A stretch of 64,000 nucleotides of DNA, taken from the NCBI GenBank assembly GCA_963663475.2, contig CAXXJV010000001.1, forward strand, positions 2,432,001 through 2,496,000, read 5' to 3'. Below are positions 1 to 10,470 of this stretch, piece after piece (position 1 is the first letter of the stretch; every line of letters starts with the position of its first letter). Source of the DNA: Candidatus Cloacimonadales bacterium (lineage in GTDB: Bacteria > Cloacimonadota > Cloacimonadia > Cloacimonadales > JAFGVF01). The notes under the pieces are model-generated. The model ran no database searches. It had not been told where the DNA came from and saw only the letters and a program-made list of their open reading frames with translations. The translations under genes were made by a program, and so were the position numbers.

Positions 1-362
1 TTTATGGATTTCAAAAAATCACTATGGCATTTAGGATTGAGTATTATGACTTAGTAAAGAAAATACTCAGAGATCAAACACAAGTGATTCCCTGCTATTC
101 AGGTATAGCATCCTGTCAGATTGCTCCTAATGGCGATGTTTGGTCTTGTTGCATAAAAGCAAAATCATTAGGAAATTTAGTAGAAAATGATTATAACTTC
201 AAGAAAATATGGAACTCTCCTGAAATGGCTCTCGAGCGAGTGTCAATTCATAAAAAAGAATGCCATTGTCCTCTCGCAAATGCATCTTATACTAATATGT
301 TAATGGATATTCCCACACTTAAAAGAGTATTCTATAGATCCTTTATAAAATGGTGGAGATAA
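1..362 (+). CDS. Radical SAM/SPASM-domain protein, C-terminal part (5'-truncated by window edge)
   Basis: Frame is open from position 3. SPASM/twitch-like motif C-x2-G-x4-I-x-P-x-G-D-V-x2-C, then LGNL...IWNS and a distal CHC. Confidence 0.75.
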   Translation, partial: YGFQKITMAFRIEYYDLVKKILRDQTQVIPCYSGIASCQIAPNGDVWSCCIKAKSLGNLVENDYNFKKIWNSPEMALERVSIHKKECHCPLANASYTNMLMDIPTLKRVFYRSFIKWWR

Positions 363-365
363 TCT

Positions 366-1001
366 TTGATAAAACAAATCTCTATTTCTAATTCTTTTAG
401 CAATAAAATTGCCTTTACTGATTATTATCCTAGCAGACAGGATTACTTCTCTCTTTTTATACATTATTTTGAAGACACTCCTATTGTCTATGATACTTTA
501 GGGGAAATTATGGATTTAATCCTTACTTTTCTTGATCAGAATAAAGATGTTTCTAAAGATAAATTACTTAGCTTTATGAATGACTTAAATTGGATATCAG
601 CAGGAAAGTTGCGCAATCTACCTCTTAATAATCAGGGAATTTCATTAGGACTTATCTTAATCAATGATAATCAAGTGCGAGCCTTAAGATACGGTAGAAT
701 ATTGATGGCTAGAGTTATAAATTCAAAAATCGAATCCTTAGGACCGAAATGGGATAATTTTAGTATAAAATCGCTAGATAACCTTTCTCTACTTGGTCTG
801 TTATCTGAAGATAAATACCCAGAACTCTTTGAATTTGAACTTAAAAACAATGAACAATTTATTGTTCTGGAGAGTGATGCAGTAGATAAATACCAGCAAA
901 GTCTAAAGTTATCTGAAACTTTTAATCCTGATTATTTTATCTACCAAATCCTTGAATGTCATAGAAAAGAAAGCAAAAAAAAATTGCTTAGATTAATCTA
1001 A
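366..1001 (+). CDS. Hypothetical protein, possibly a degenerate PP2C/SpoIIE-like fold
   Basis: 211-aa ORF 3 nt after the upstream stop. Pattern 'GISLGLILINDNQVRALRYG...LLG...FEFELKNNEQFIVLESDAV' echoes PP2C strand order. Confidence 0.5.
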   Translation: MIKQISISNSFSNKIAFTDYYPSRQDYFSLFIHYFEDTPIVYDTLGEIMDLILTFLDQNKDVSKDKLLSFMNDLNWISAGKLRNLPLNNQGISLGLILINDNQVRALRYGRILMARVINSKIESLGPKWDNFSIKSLDNLSLLGLLSEDKYPELFEFELKNNEQFIVLESDAVDKYQQSLKLSETFNPDYFIYQILECHRKESKKKLLRLI

Positions 1002-1016
1002 TCTCTAAGCAATTTT
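980..1016. terminator. Likely bidirectional intrinsic terminator between convergent genes
   Basis: AAAATTGCTTAGA...TCTAAGCAATTTT 13-bp inverted repeat with A/T tails, overlapping the stop of 366..1001. Confidence 0.55.
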
Positions 1017-1115
1017 AAGTTCAACAAAACTTTTATCTTGAAAGCCAATTTCTACACTCTTCCCTAAAAATCTACTCCTCTATTTGGCTTTATATAAACA
1101 TATTTTGGCTATTAT

Positions 1116-1811
1116 TTAGATTCCTTTATAAATTAACTTTTCTTCCCATGGCTTATTAAGAAAGTATTTTAGAACAACTCTTTCCTTACCACCCAGACCT
1201 TGTGGAATTGACTCAGCAAATTTTTCCAATACTAGATATTTATGAAAAGGTAACTTCAATTCTTCTGCAAGCTCATTAACAACATTTATCCCTTCTTTGA
1301 CTACACTTTCATCAGTAAATTCCATTAAGTTAGAATTACAAATAAGCTCTGTAACTTTAAGAGTTGATAATGATTCTATCATCTCCATCATCTGTTTGAT
1401 TTCAGCAACATTGCTTGTGAAAGGTCTGTTTGTGTTGATAACAAAATGAAGTTCATAACCTCTTTTCTTTATCTCAGGAACAAAGCGTCCTAAAGTTCTT
1501 GCTCCTGCAGGATCACCACCAACATCAAGAACTACTGTTCTGTCAGTCTTCATTATCATACCTCTAATTCTAGGTGATATCATAGGTAGATCTGCATGCT
1601 TAAACTCACCTTCTGGAGCTACAACTTGAATACCAATTTCTTCAAATTGCTCTCTCACATCCCTACTACGAAAATATGGATTAACAACATCCATATCACA
1701 TAAAACTACATCATGGTCTTTATCATTAAAATCTTTGGCTAGATTAATTGAATACTCACTCTTACCAGAACCATAAGCACCAATTACTATTATTAATTTA
1801 TGATCAGTCAT
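1116..1811 (-). CDS. P-loop ATP-binding protein (CobQ/CbiA/MinD-like SIMIBI family)
   Basis: Walker A GAYGSGKSE, then DMDVVNPYFRSRD and LDVGGDPAGAR. Confidence 0.8.
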   Translation of the reverse strand: MTDHKLIIVIGAYGSGKSEYSINLAKDFNDKDHDVVLCDMDVVNPYFRSRDVREQFEEIGIQVVAPEGEFKHADLPMISPRIRGMIMKTDRTVVLDVGGDPAGARTLGRFVPEIKKRGYELHFVINTNRPFTSNVAEIKQMMEMIESLSTLKVTELICNSNLMEFTDESVVKEGINVVNELAEELKLPFHKYLVLEKFAESIPQGLGGKERVVLKYFLNKPWEEKLIYKGI

Positions 1812-1853
1812 TATAAAAAACTCCCTATTATCTTTTTATAAAGAATATAATAT

Positions 1854-2516
1854 TTAATTTTGAAAAAGCAAAGTATCTAACTCAGAATAGTTATTAACAA
1901 AGGCATGGGCCTTACTCTTAAGCCTATCACTATCCTTCTTAGAATAATCATTATAAATAGCAACAACCTTCATTCCTGCATTGATAGCAGCCTCAACACC
2001 ATGGATGGTATCTTCAACCACCAAACATTGATTAGGAGACACAGCGAGCTCATTAGCTACTTTTAAATAGATATCTGGAAATGGTTTGCCTCGATTAATC
2101 TTACAACCGGTAACAATACTAAGAAATCTATACGTAATATTGTTATTATCTAACACAGCTTGGGTCAAAACTTGAGAGTTACTTGTACCAATAGCTAATT
2201 TCTTACCAGATTTTTCAATTTTATCAAGCAAATCTAAAGCCCCAGGTATTAATTCAAGATTAGAATAAAAATCTAAAACCATTGAATTCCATTCTGCTAT
2301 TATATCTTGTATAGATTCAGATAGATTAAACCTTTCCTTGAAATAAACTGCTATAGCACGAAGTCCATCTCCTGAAGGTAAATGACTGAATAAGTCAGCT
2401 GGTACTTCTTTTCCTCTTTTTTTTAAGAAATCAATATCGACTTGATCCCAAACATGCATTGAATCTATCAAAGTACCATCTAAATCAAAAATTACAGCTT
2501 TAATATCTTCTAACAT
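1854..2516 (-). CDS. HAD family phosphatase (beta-phosphoglucomutase-like)
   Basis: Motif I DLDGTLIDS, GKPFPDIY, and EDT..GVEAA. Confidence 0.9.
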   Translation of the reverse strand: MLEDIKAVIFDLDGTLIDSMHVWDQVDIDFLKKRGKEVPADLFSHLPSGDGLRAIAVYFKERFNLSESIQDIIAEWNSMVLDFYSNLELIPGALDLLDKIEKSGKKLAIGTSNSQVLTQAVLDNNNITYRFLSIVTGCKINRGKPFPDIYLKVANELAVSPNQCLVVEDTIHGVEAAINAGMKVVAIYNDYSKKDSDRLKSKAHAFVNNYSELDTLLFQN

Positions 2517-2518
2517 AG

Positions 2519-3496
2519 TTATAATATACTCTGATTAAAAAATTTCTTAACCATCTCAGCACTCTGATACTTACCAAAGAGAGCCATTAGCTTAATTCTA
2601 GCTTTCGGACCCTGTAAATCACCACCTAAAATACAACCCATCTCTTGCAAACTCTTTCCTCCACCTTCATAACCATATTCTGCTAATACTCTACCAGTAA
2701 TTGTTCTAGAAACTATGATTATTAAGACACCTACATCAATTGCCTTCTGAATTGCAGGCAAGATACTAACAGGTAAATTTCCTCTTCCAAAAGCCTCGAT
2801 TACTATAGCTTTAACACCATTAGCAACTGATGCATTTATATAAGTCTCATCCAATCCAGCAACAGCTTTTATTAAATCTACTTTGGGTTCAATAACATTA
2901 GTCCAAACAGACTCTCGTAAGTAATTATTTCTGTGATAAATAACCATATCAGGATCAATAGTACCTATAGGACCATACTTAGGAGATCTAAAAGCATCTA
3001 CTGTGCCTGAATCAAACTTTAAAACATCTCTAGCTGTATGGATATCATCATTCATGACTACCAAAACACCTTTATCAACAGTTTCAGGATGACTAGCCAC
3101 TCTTACTGCATCAATAATATTTCTTGGCCCATCTAAACCTAATTCAGAACCAGATCTCATAGCTGCTGTTAGAACAATAGGCTTCCTGCTTGTAGTAACC
3201 AAGTCAAGAAAATATGCAGTTTCTTCCAAGGTGTCTGTACCATGAGTTATAACAATACCATCATAATCAAGAAGATAACTATCAACCTTTTGAGATAAAT
3301 CTAACATAATTTCAGGAGTCATATAAGGACTAGGTAAATTAGAATACTCGATAACTTCTATGTTTGAAATGTCAGTTAACTGAGGGAAAGAGTTAAGAAA
3401 TTCAATAAATTCAGTAGTTGGAACAACTCCTAAATTTTGAGTCCTTTTCATGCCAATAGTTCCACCAGTTGTTAAAATTAATATATCCTTTTTCAT
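2519..3496 (-). CDS. L-asparaginase
   Basis: TGGTIG and HGTDTLEETAY active-site motifs. Confidence 0.93.
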   Translation of the reverse strand: MKKDILILTTGGTIGMKRTQNLGVVPTTEFIEFLNSFPQLTDISNIEVIEYSNLPSPYMTPEIMLDLSQKVDSYLLDYDGIVITHGTDTLEETAYFLDLVTTSRKPIVLTAAMRSGSELGLDGPRNIIDAVRVASHPETVDKGVLVVMNDDIHTARDVLKFDSGTVDAFRSPKYGPIGTIDPDMVIYHRNNYLRESVWTNVIEPKVDLIKAVAGLDETYINASVANGVKAIVIEAFGRGNLPVSILPAIQKAIDVGVLIIIVSRTITGRVLAEYGYEGGGKSLQEMGCILGGDLQGPKARIKLMALFGKYQSAEMVKKFFNQSIL

Positions 3497-5250
3497 TAAT
3501 TATTTCCTTTATATAAATCTTGCATATTAAACCATTTCTTTACTTTAGCACTATCTATCTCTTGGTCTAACCAAGTTGTATAATAGTTGTTTAAAGCATC
3601 ATGACGATATTGGCCTTGGATAATATAATAATTTTTTTTAAAATATTCCTTATCTGCATCATTATGTTCTAATAAGACAGCTATATAAGCCATTTCATCG
3701 TCATGAAAACTTTTAGTATAATGACCTTTTGAAGATAATGAGAAGATATCACTAATTAGCTTATCATTATGGTCACTCATTAATGAAGAATCTTTATTAA
3801 CATCAAGAATAAGTTCATAGACAACATCATTAAGCTGATCTTTATCAATATTTTCATAATCATCTGCAAGATTTCTTAATCTATTTGTAGCTAAATTGAA
3901 TTGCTTTTCTTTTAAAATTTCTTCTTTGATTTGATTAAAAACAAGATCAAGCTCTTTCTTCTTGTTTAACCTATTTTGCTCTATCTGTACCATTACTAAA
4001 AAACGTTCAGTTTTATTGTAGATAGGTGGATAGATATAACCATCAGCTTTACCATAAGCATCTTTTATCAAATCTGATAAATCACCTAAATTATCAACAA
4101 AGGTGTTGTTTAGATTTAGACCTTGACTAGTGTAAACTTGCCAATTGAACTCAAAAGCAGCCTCTTCAATTCCTATTTGACGAATCATCTCTTCTACCTG
4201 CATGAATTCTTCTCGTCTTTGCAAAATTGTATTTTGGCTAATCTGAACAGGATGTTTTAATTCTTGTAACTTAACCATGCTCTTGGTCTTTTCTAATACC
4301 TTATAGATATACCAAACATTCTTCTTGGAGACAGGAGATATTACATCACCCACTTGGGCTGAAGCTACATAACTTCTGATAATCTCTGGAACATTTTCAA
4401 TCTTAATAAAGGGCATTTTACCCATAGGATACAAGCTTAGATTTGATGAGAATTCAAGAACTGCACTATCAAAATCACCACCTTGAGATAATTTAAAATA
4501 TAAAGAGTCTATACTGGCTCTTGTCTGGGCAATTTCTCTTTCTGTTGGTTCAATTTCTTGGATTAAATATTTAATATCTAAAGAAGGCTGATAATAATAC
4601 TTATTCTTGTCCTCAGCCCATCTAAGTTCAACTTCAGTATTAGTGACAGTAGGTTGAAAATTATTTAAATACATTTTGAGAAGTATTATATCTGAAGTTG
4701 AATAGTTTTTTTCATAATATTTTTCAACATCAGACTTTGAAATATCAGCATTTTTGATAAGTACTTCTTGTATTCTTCTAAAAGTTAAAAGCTGATTATA
4801 GTTATATTTAATAAATTCGGTATTTACAGGTTCATTGTTAATGATTGAAGACCTATATTTTTCTTCATCAAAACTACCCTTTGTTTTAAAATAGCTTGAT
4901 TCGACTAAGCTACTTGGTGGATTATTTAATAATGAATCAATTACTTCTCCCTGGCTAATTTCGATATTATGTTTTGAAACAAATTGACTAATAATAACAC
5001 TCTTAATAATCTCATTCCATGTCTCATCTTCAAGCCGATTTATTTCCTTAGTTGTTGGTTTATAGTTTTTGTTACCCTTTATTAAATCGTTATAATTATA
5101 CAAAAAATTTGTTGTGAAAATTGATCTTTCAATCAATTGCCCATTAATCTCTCCAGCATACTGCTCTTGTTTTTCATTATTTGTAGAACATGATATTAAA
5201 ATCACGCTAAAAACGAGCAATACTATAGCAGTCTTGAGAACTCTTTTCAT
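3496..5250 (-). CDS. SurA/PpiD-like periplasmic chaperone/peptidyl-prolyl isomerase (possible lipoprotein)
   Basis: Signal peptide with ISC lipobox-like site, SurA N-terminal-like 'GEINGQLI', parvulin-like 'DSLYFKLSQGGDFDSAVLEFS...VGDVISPV'. Confidence 0.7.
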   Translation of the reverse strand: MKRVLKTAIVLLVFSVILISCSTNNEKQEQYAGEINGQLIERSIFTTNFLYNYNDLIKGNKNYKPTTKEINRLEDETWNEIIKSVIISQFVSKHNIEISQGEVIDSLLNNPPSSLVESSYFKTKGSFDEEKYRSSIINNEPVNTEFIKYNYNQLLTFRRIQEVLIKNADISKSDVEKYYEKNYSTSDIILLKMYLNNFQPTVTNTEVELRWAEDKNKYYYQPSLDIKYLIQEIEPTEREIAQTRASIDSLYFKLSQGGDFDSAVLEFSSNLSLYPMGKMPFIKIENVPEIIRSYVASAQVGDVISPVSKKNVWYIYKVLEKTKSMVKLQELKHPVQISQNTILQRREEFMQVEEMIRQIGIEEAAFEFNWQVYTSQGLNLNNTFVDNLGDLSDLIKDAYGKADGYIYPPIYNKTERFLVMVQIEQNRLNKKKELDLVFNQIKEEILKEKQFNLATNRLRNLADDYENIDKDQLNDVVYELILDVNKDSSLMSDHNDKLISDIFSLSSKGHYTKSFHDDEMAYIAVLLEHNDADKEYFKKNYYIIQGQYRHDALNNYYTTWLDQEIDSAKVKKWFNMQDLYKGNN

Positions 5251-5268
5251 ATGAACCCCTATTTATTC

Positions 5269-7905
5269 TTAATCTTTATTATCTATTTTATCTTGGATAT
5301 CTTTAAGCTTTTGCCATGCTTGCAAGGGAGATAGTTGGTTCAAGTCTATTTCACTTATCTCCTGTAAGAGATCTTGATTCTCTTGACTTTTATCTTCCAG
5401 TAAATCAAATATTGTAATTTGATCATCCATTGTAGATAATTGTTTTTTGATTTTTCCAACTAAACCTTGTGGAGATAATTCATGCTCTTCTAAGTTCTTT
5501 AGAATCTGTTTTGCTCTTTTAAGAACTGTCTTTGGCATTCCAGCTAAATGAGCTACTTGAATTCCATAACTTTGATCTGCTCCCCCTCTCTCTATTTTTC
5601 TGAGGAAAATCAAATCTTGTTTCCATGTCTTTACTACAATATTGTAGTTTTTTACAGAATCTAATACGTTTTCAAGTTCTGTCAATTCATGATAGTGAGT
5701 AGCAAAAAGAGTCTTTGCCCCCTTATGATTATGAATATATTCTACAATAGACCAAGCTAAACTAAGTCCATCAAAAGTAGATGTACCTCTACCAATTTCA
5801 TCTAAAAGGATTAAGGAACTAGCAGTAGCAGAGTTTAAGATATTTGCAGTTTCTATCATTTCAACAAGGAAAGTAGACTGTCCTTGGGCAAGGTTATCAG
5901 AAGCACCTACCCGAGTAAATACTTTATCAAAAATTGGTAACACAGCTTTTTTTGCAGGTATAAATGATCCTATTTGAGCCATAATGGCAATAAGGCCTAT
6001 TTGTCTTAAATATGTAGATTTACCAGCCATGTTTGGTCCAGTTATTATAGCTATCTTATTATTCTCGTTATCTAAAATTACATCATTAGGGATATATTGT
6101 TCATCAACTAAGAGCTGTTCGATAACTGGGTGCCTACATTCACTAATCTCCATACTACCATCAGTTGAGAAAGAAGGCCTTACATATCTATTCTTGTGGG
6201 CTGTGAAAGCAAAAGAGCAAAGAACATCTAATACAGAAATAACTTCTACAAATTGCTGTATAACTTCAATATACTCTTGAATTTTACTTCTTATTTGACT
6301 GTATATTTCGTATTCGAGTGATTTAATTCTCTCTTCAGCACCTAAAACTTTTGATTCATATTCTTTAAGTTGTGGAGAGATGTACCTTTCACTATTAACT
6401 AAAGTTTGTTTCCTTATGTAATGTTCTGGTATCTTGTCTTTATGAGTTTTAGTTACTTCTAAGTAATAACCAAAGACTCTATTATAGCCTATTTTAAGTG
6501 AGTTTATTCCAGTTTGTTCTCGTTCAGAATCTTCTAATTTGGCAATCCAAGCCTTACCATCCCGACTCAGATCTCTTAGATCATCAAGTTCAGAATTAAA
6601 ATTATCATTTATTATATTACCATCTTTGATGTTTTGGGGAGGATTATCCATGATAGAATTGTCTATAAGTGCAATCATTTCAGAATAATCAGCAATATTA
6701 GTTGAAAGCGAGGTCAATAGTTGAGAATCAAATTCTTGCAAATAATTAATAATTTTAGGAGAATAATTCAGATAATTTCTAAGAGCAATTAACTCTCGGG
6801 GATTAACTTTTAAAGTAGCTACTTTTGAGATTATTCTACTAATATCACCAATTTCACTTAAAATATCTCGAATCGCATTATTTACTTCAATTCTTTCTTT
6901 TAGTTGTTGAACTGACTTCTGTCTTAAATATATCTCTTCTTCATCTAATAAAGGATGAGTTAACCAATTATTTAACAATCTAGTACCCATCGGAGTTAAA
7001 GTATTATCTAAGATAGAAATCAGTGATCCATGTTTATTACCATAACGAATAGATTTTGTGAGCTCTAGGTTACGTCTACTTATATCATCGAGTAACATAT
7101 AATTTTCTATCGAGTAATATACTAGATGATTAATATGAACTAGATCATCATTCTTTAATTCTTTTAAATATGCTAGGGCTATACCTGCTGCACTAGCACC
7201 AACTTTCTTCCTGTTTGCACCTAAACTCTCAAGCGATTTAGTATGAAAATGATCTTTAAGAATATTCAAGGCTTCAGAAGTTTCATTCTGCCATGAATCA
7301 TAAATGGTTATCAGAGGAGTGTAATCAGGGATGAGCTCTACTACTTCTACTTTTGTTTTTTCATCTTTAACAATAATCTCAGCTGGGAGAATCCTTAATA
7401 TTTCACCTTTGAGATTAACTTTTTTTAGTTCTGTAAAAACAAAATCTCCTGTAGAAACATCAATGGAAGCGAGGCCAATTATATCCTTTTTACCAAAATG
7501 TATTGTAGAAAGAAAGTTATTGTCAGGTTTGCTTATCAAGTTACTATCAACAAGAGAACCAGGTGTTATGATATCAACAATATCTCTCTTTACAATACCC
7601 TTAGCTTCTTTAGGATTTTCAACTTGTTCACAGATAGCTACTTTCTGTCCTGCTGCTACCAACTTATTTAAATAATTATCTAAAGCATGATAAGGGAAAC
7701 CTGCCAATGGTACTGGGTCATCTTCACTCTTGTTTCTAGCTGTAAGTGTTATTCCTAAAACTTTTGAAGTAATTTTGGCATCTTCAAAAAAAGTTTCATA
7801 AAAATCACCCATTCTAAAGAGTAATATCTTATCTGGATGTAAATCTTTGAATTTCCAATATTGCTCCAACATTGGAGTCGTCTTTTTAGTCTTAGTCATT
7901 AGCAA
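5269..7905 (-). CDS. mutS: DNA mismatch repair protein MutS (true start may be the ATG at ~7899)
   Basis: TPMLEQY, FRMGDFYETF, GPNMAGKSTYLRQ, DEIGRGTSTFDG, SYGIQVA. Confidence 0.97.
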   Translation of the reverse strand: MLMTKTKKTTPMLEQYWKFKDLHPDKILLFRMGDFYETFFEDAKITSKVLGITLTARNKSEDDPVPLAGFPYHALDNYLNKLVAAGQKVAICEQVENPKEAKGIVKRDIVDIITPGSLVDSNLISKPDNNFLSTIHFGKKDIIGLASIDVSTGDFVFTELKKVNLKGEILRILPAEIIVKDEKTKVEVVELIPDYTPLITIYDSWQNETSEALNILKDHFHTKSLESLGANRKKVGASAAGIALAYLKELKNDDLVHINHLVYYSIENYMLLDDISRRNLELTKSIRYGNKHGSLISILDNTLTPMGTRLLNNWLTHPLLDEEEIYLRQKSVQQLKERIEVNNAIRDILSEIGDISRIISKVATLKVNPRELIALRNYLNYSPKIINYLQEFDSQLLTSLSTNIADYSEMIALIDNSIMDNPPQNIKDGNIINDNFNSELDDLRDLSRDGKAWIAKLEDSEREQTGINSLKIGYNRVFGYYLEVTKTHKDKIPEHYIRKQTLVNSERYISPQLKEYESKVLGAEERIKSLEYEIYSQIRSKIQEYIEVIQQFVEVISVLDVLCSFAFTAHKNRYVRPSFSTDGSMEISECRHPVIEQLLVDEQYIPNDVILDNENNKIAIITGPNMAGKSTYLRQIGLIAIMAQIGSFIPAKKAVLPIFDKVFTRVGASDNLAQGQSTFLVEMIETANILNSATASSLILLDEIGRGTSTFDGLSLAWSIVEYIHNHKGAKTLFATHYHELTELENVLDSVKNYNIVVKTWKQDLIFLRKIERGGADQSYGIQVAHLAGMPKTVLKRAKQILKNLEEHELSPQGLVGKIKKQLSTMDDQITIFDLLEDKSQENQDLLQEISEIDLNQLSPLQAWQKLKDIQDKIDNKD

Positions 7906-9280
7906 TTAAAAAACAATCAACTTGTTTAGATTTGAAGTATGCAATATCTTGCTTTGCTAAATTAGCGTTATCGTAAGGCTGACTCCATATCACATAGGTA
8001 ATATCTTCACCCTTCACATCTCTAATAATATTCCAAGTCTTTTGCAAATAAAATAACTCTTTAACCCTATTTATTGCATATTCTTTTTTGGTAAATCTTC
8101 CGATTTGAATAAAATACTTTCCAAGCGGTTTATTCATTAGATAAATATAATCTTCAGTCTGAATATTCTTAGGGCGTTCTAATAAAGCTCCATCATCATT
8201 AACATTTTCTAAGATTACTTCTTGACGTCCTCTACTTTCCTGATCTTTATTATCTCCTATTTCACTATAAAGTGAAGTAGATTCAACTACTTCCCTATCC
8301 CTCTTATTAAGAATAGATGAGTCTTCATTACTCTTATTACCTTTTTGGGCAGGAGCTTTATAGTCTTCAATTTCAATAACTTCTTCCTCAGCATCTTGAT
8401 AATTATTAGCAAAAAACTTGCTTAATACAGAAGAAGTGTCACTTCTTACAAGTTCATTTACATTAAATATTTTCATATTAGATTCATGTGCTATCAAGTC
8501 AGACTTATCATCTGAAGCATAATTCTTTGTGTATAAAAAAGATATATCAAGGTTATTATCTACACTTTTTCTTAACTCGTATAATCTTTCTTCGATAATA
8601 GAAGCATATTGACCATATGGATTTTCTATAAATGATTTTCTATAATTCTCAACCGCTAGGTTTAAGTTATCAACTTTCTCATAACTATAACCTATTCTAT
8701 AATACAAATAAGCTTTGTTTATGCCATCTTTCTTATTCCTCAAAAGCTCTTCAGCAAGTACTATTCCTTTTTGATAGTTCCCTTGAGTTATACTATTTTC
8801 AATTAACATATAATAACTAAGTTCATATTTATGGTCTTCAATAGAGCATTTTTCAATGAACATTGAGGCATATTTTGAGCTTTGTTTATGTTCTTGTTTC
8901 ATAAAGTAGAGTCGAGATAACCAATAATAATACTCAGGAATCTTACTATCATCTTCAATCTTACTAAAGTAAAATTCAGATTGAGAATATTTTCTCTTAA
9001 AGAAATTTATTACACCCAATTTGAAATTTACTTGATCCTTATACTCCATTTCAGGAAAACCTTCTATCAGTTCTTGCAGAGTTTGGTCAAAATTTTTACT
9101 AGTCACTAAAGATTCATAATAAGCGGCTCTAGGTAACTCAGATTGATCAAAATGAGGTTTGGAAAATATCTCTTGTCTGAGTTGTGCAACTTGCCCTTTA
9201 CTGTATAAGTCTTCGTACTGATCAGCTATAATCAGTGAAAACTGAGCTATTATAACAAGAGTAATTAATAATCTTTTCAT
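7892..9280 (-). CDS. Secreted TPR-repeat protein with C-terminal SPOR-like domain
   Basis: Signal peptide, TPR-like helices (AYLYYRIGYSYEK), C-terminal 'YFIQIGRF...A...Y.IWSQPY...A' SPOR pattern. Confidence 0.7.
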   Translation of the reverse strand: MKRLLITLVIIAQFSLIIADQYEDLYSKGQVAQLRQEIFSKPHFDQSELPRAAYYESLVTSKNFDQTLQELIEGFPEMEYKDQVNFKLGVINFFKRKYSQSEFYFSKIEDDSKIPEYYYWLSRLYFMKQEHKQSSKYASMFIEKCSIEDHKYELSYYMLIENSITQGNYQKGIVLAEELLRNKKDGINKAYLYYRIGYSYEKVDNLNLAVENYRKSFIENPYGQYASIIEERLYELRKSVDNNLDISFLYTKNYASDDKSDLIAHESNMKIFNVNELVRSDTSSVLSKFFANNYQDAEEEVIEIEDYKAPAQKGNKSNEDSSILNKRDREVVESTSLYSEIGDNKDQESRGRQEVILENVNDDGALLERPKNIQTEDYIYLMNKPLGKYFIQIGRFTKKEYAINRVKELFYLQKTWNIIRDVKGEDITYVIWSQPYDNANLAKQDIAYFKSKQVDCFLIAND

Positions 9281-10470
9281 TCTTTCTTCCTTACTAATCC
9301 ATGTTCAGGTAATGATCCATTATACTCTATATAAGCATTAGTGTTAGGTTTAGTGAAGGTAATCTTTTGTTTATCTTCACTATAGATATTATTAACTTTA
9401 ATTATTAGGTCGTCTTTTATATCAGGAAATATTATCTCAATTTCATCCCCTATTTCAAATTTATTTAAAATCTGAATTTTAACAAGATTTTCTTCTTGAT
9501 TAATTACTTTCCCAATAAATTTATAGTCTCGGATATAGGCTGAATTATCATAAAATTGTGTATCAGAATCATCAAAACCAGAATAAAAGGCTTCAGTATA
9601 TACACGATGAGAAATATTGTTTAGCTCCTGGTAATAACTTTCTGGTATTTCTTGCCCACTAGCTATTTTATTAAGAACATTTCTATAAACTCGAGTAACA
9701 TTACTGACATAGTGCAGACTCTTCATCCTTCCTTCAATTTTAATACTAGCAAGACCAGCTTCATAAATCTGTTGAAGTCTATAGATTAAATTTAAGTCTT
9801 TAGAATTCATAATATAGGTACCAAACTCATCTTCTGTGACAGGGAAAAATTCATTGGGTCTTGTTTCTTCCACTAAAGAATACTTCCATCTACATGGCTG
9901 TGTACACTGACCTAAGTTAGCAGATCTATTGTTGAAGAAAGCTGATAACAAGCAACGACCTGAATAAGCAATGCACATTGCTCCATGAACAAACATTTCT
10001 AATTCAAGACTAGGTAGTTGCTGGGATATTTCAGTAATTTCTTGAAAAGTAAGCTCCCTAGCAATAATAACTCTCTCAGCACCTAGCTTATGCCAGAATT
10101 CAGCCGACTTCCAAGAAACCACATTAGCTTGTGTACTTATATGTATTGCTAGCTTAGTATTTTCCTTAACAACAGCAAATACGCCTGGATCAGAAACTAT
10201 TACTGCATCAATACCAATTTCCTCCAGAGTTATTACGTATTCAGCTAAACCCTTATAATGTCTATTATGAGCAAATATATTTACTGTTACATATATTTTC
10301 TTATTGAGACTGTGACAGAATTCAGTAGCCTCTTTTAGTTCTTCTAAAGTAAGATTACCAGCTTTTGCCCTAAGTCCATATCTTGACGTTGCAGTATAAA
10401 CAGCGTCTGCCCCATAAAATATGGCATATTTTAATTTTTCAAGATTTCCTGCAGGAGCTAATATTTCCAT
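9277..10470 (-). CDS. Peptidase U32 family protein (TrhP/YegQ-like tRNA hydroxylation Fe-S protein)
   Basis: EILAPAG, HISTQAN, HGAMCIAYSGRCLLS, CTQPCR, KIEGRMK. Confidence 0.9.
   Translation of the reverse strand: MEILAPAGNLEKLKYAIFYGADAVYTATSRYGLRAKAGNLTLEELKEATEFCHSLNKKIYVTVNIFAHNRHYKGLAEYVITLEEIGIDAVIVSDPGVFAVVKENTKLAIHISTQANVVSWKSAEFWHKLGAERVIIARELTFQEITEISQQLPSLELEMFVHGAMCIAYSGRCLLSAFFNNRSANLGQCTQPCRWKYSLVEETRPNEFFPVTEDEFGTYIMNSKDLNLIYRLQQIYEAGLASIKIEGRMKSLHYVSNVTRVYRNVLNKIASGQEIPESYYQELNNISHRVYTEAFYSGFDDSDTQFYDNSAYIRDYKFIGKVINQEENLVKIQILNKFEIGDEIEIIFPDIKDDLIIKVNNIYSEDKQKITFTKPNTNAYIEYNGSLPEHGLVRKKE

Noticed and set aside
5984-8820. Plus-strand ORFs inside mutS and the TPR/SPOR gene (similar ones occur in purH, the ABC ATPase, ftsW, ftsI and the last gene)
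   Set aside because: Antisense shadows of well-supported minus-strand genes, with no recognisable motifs.
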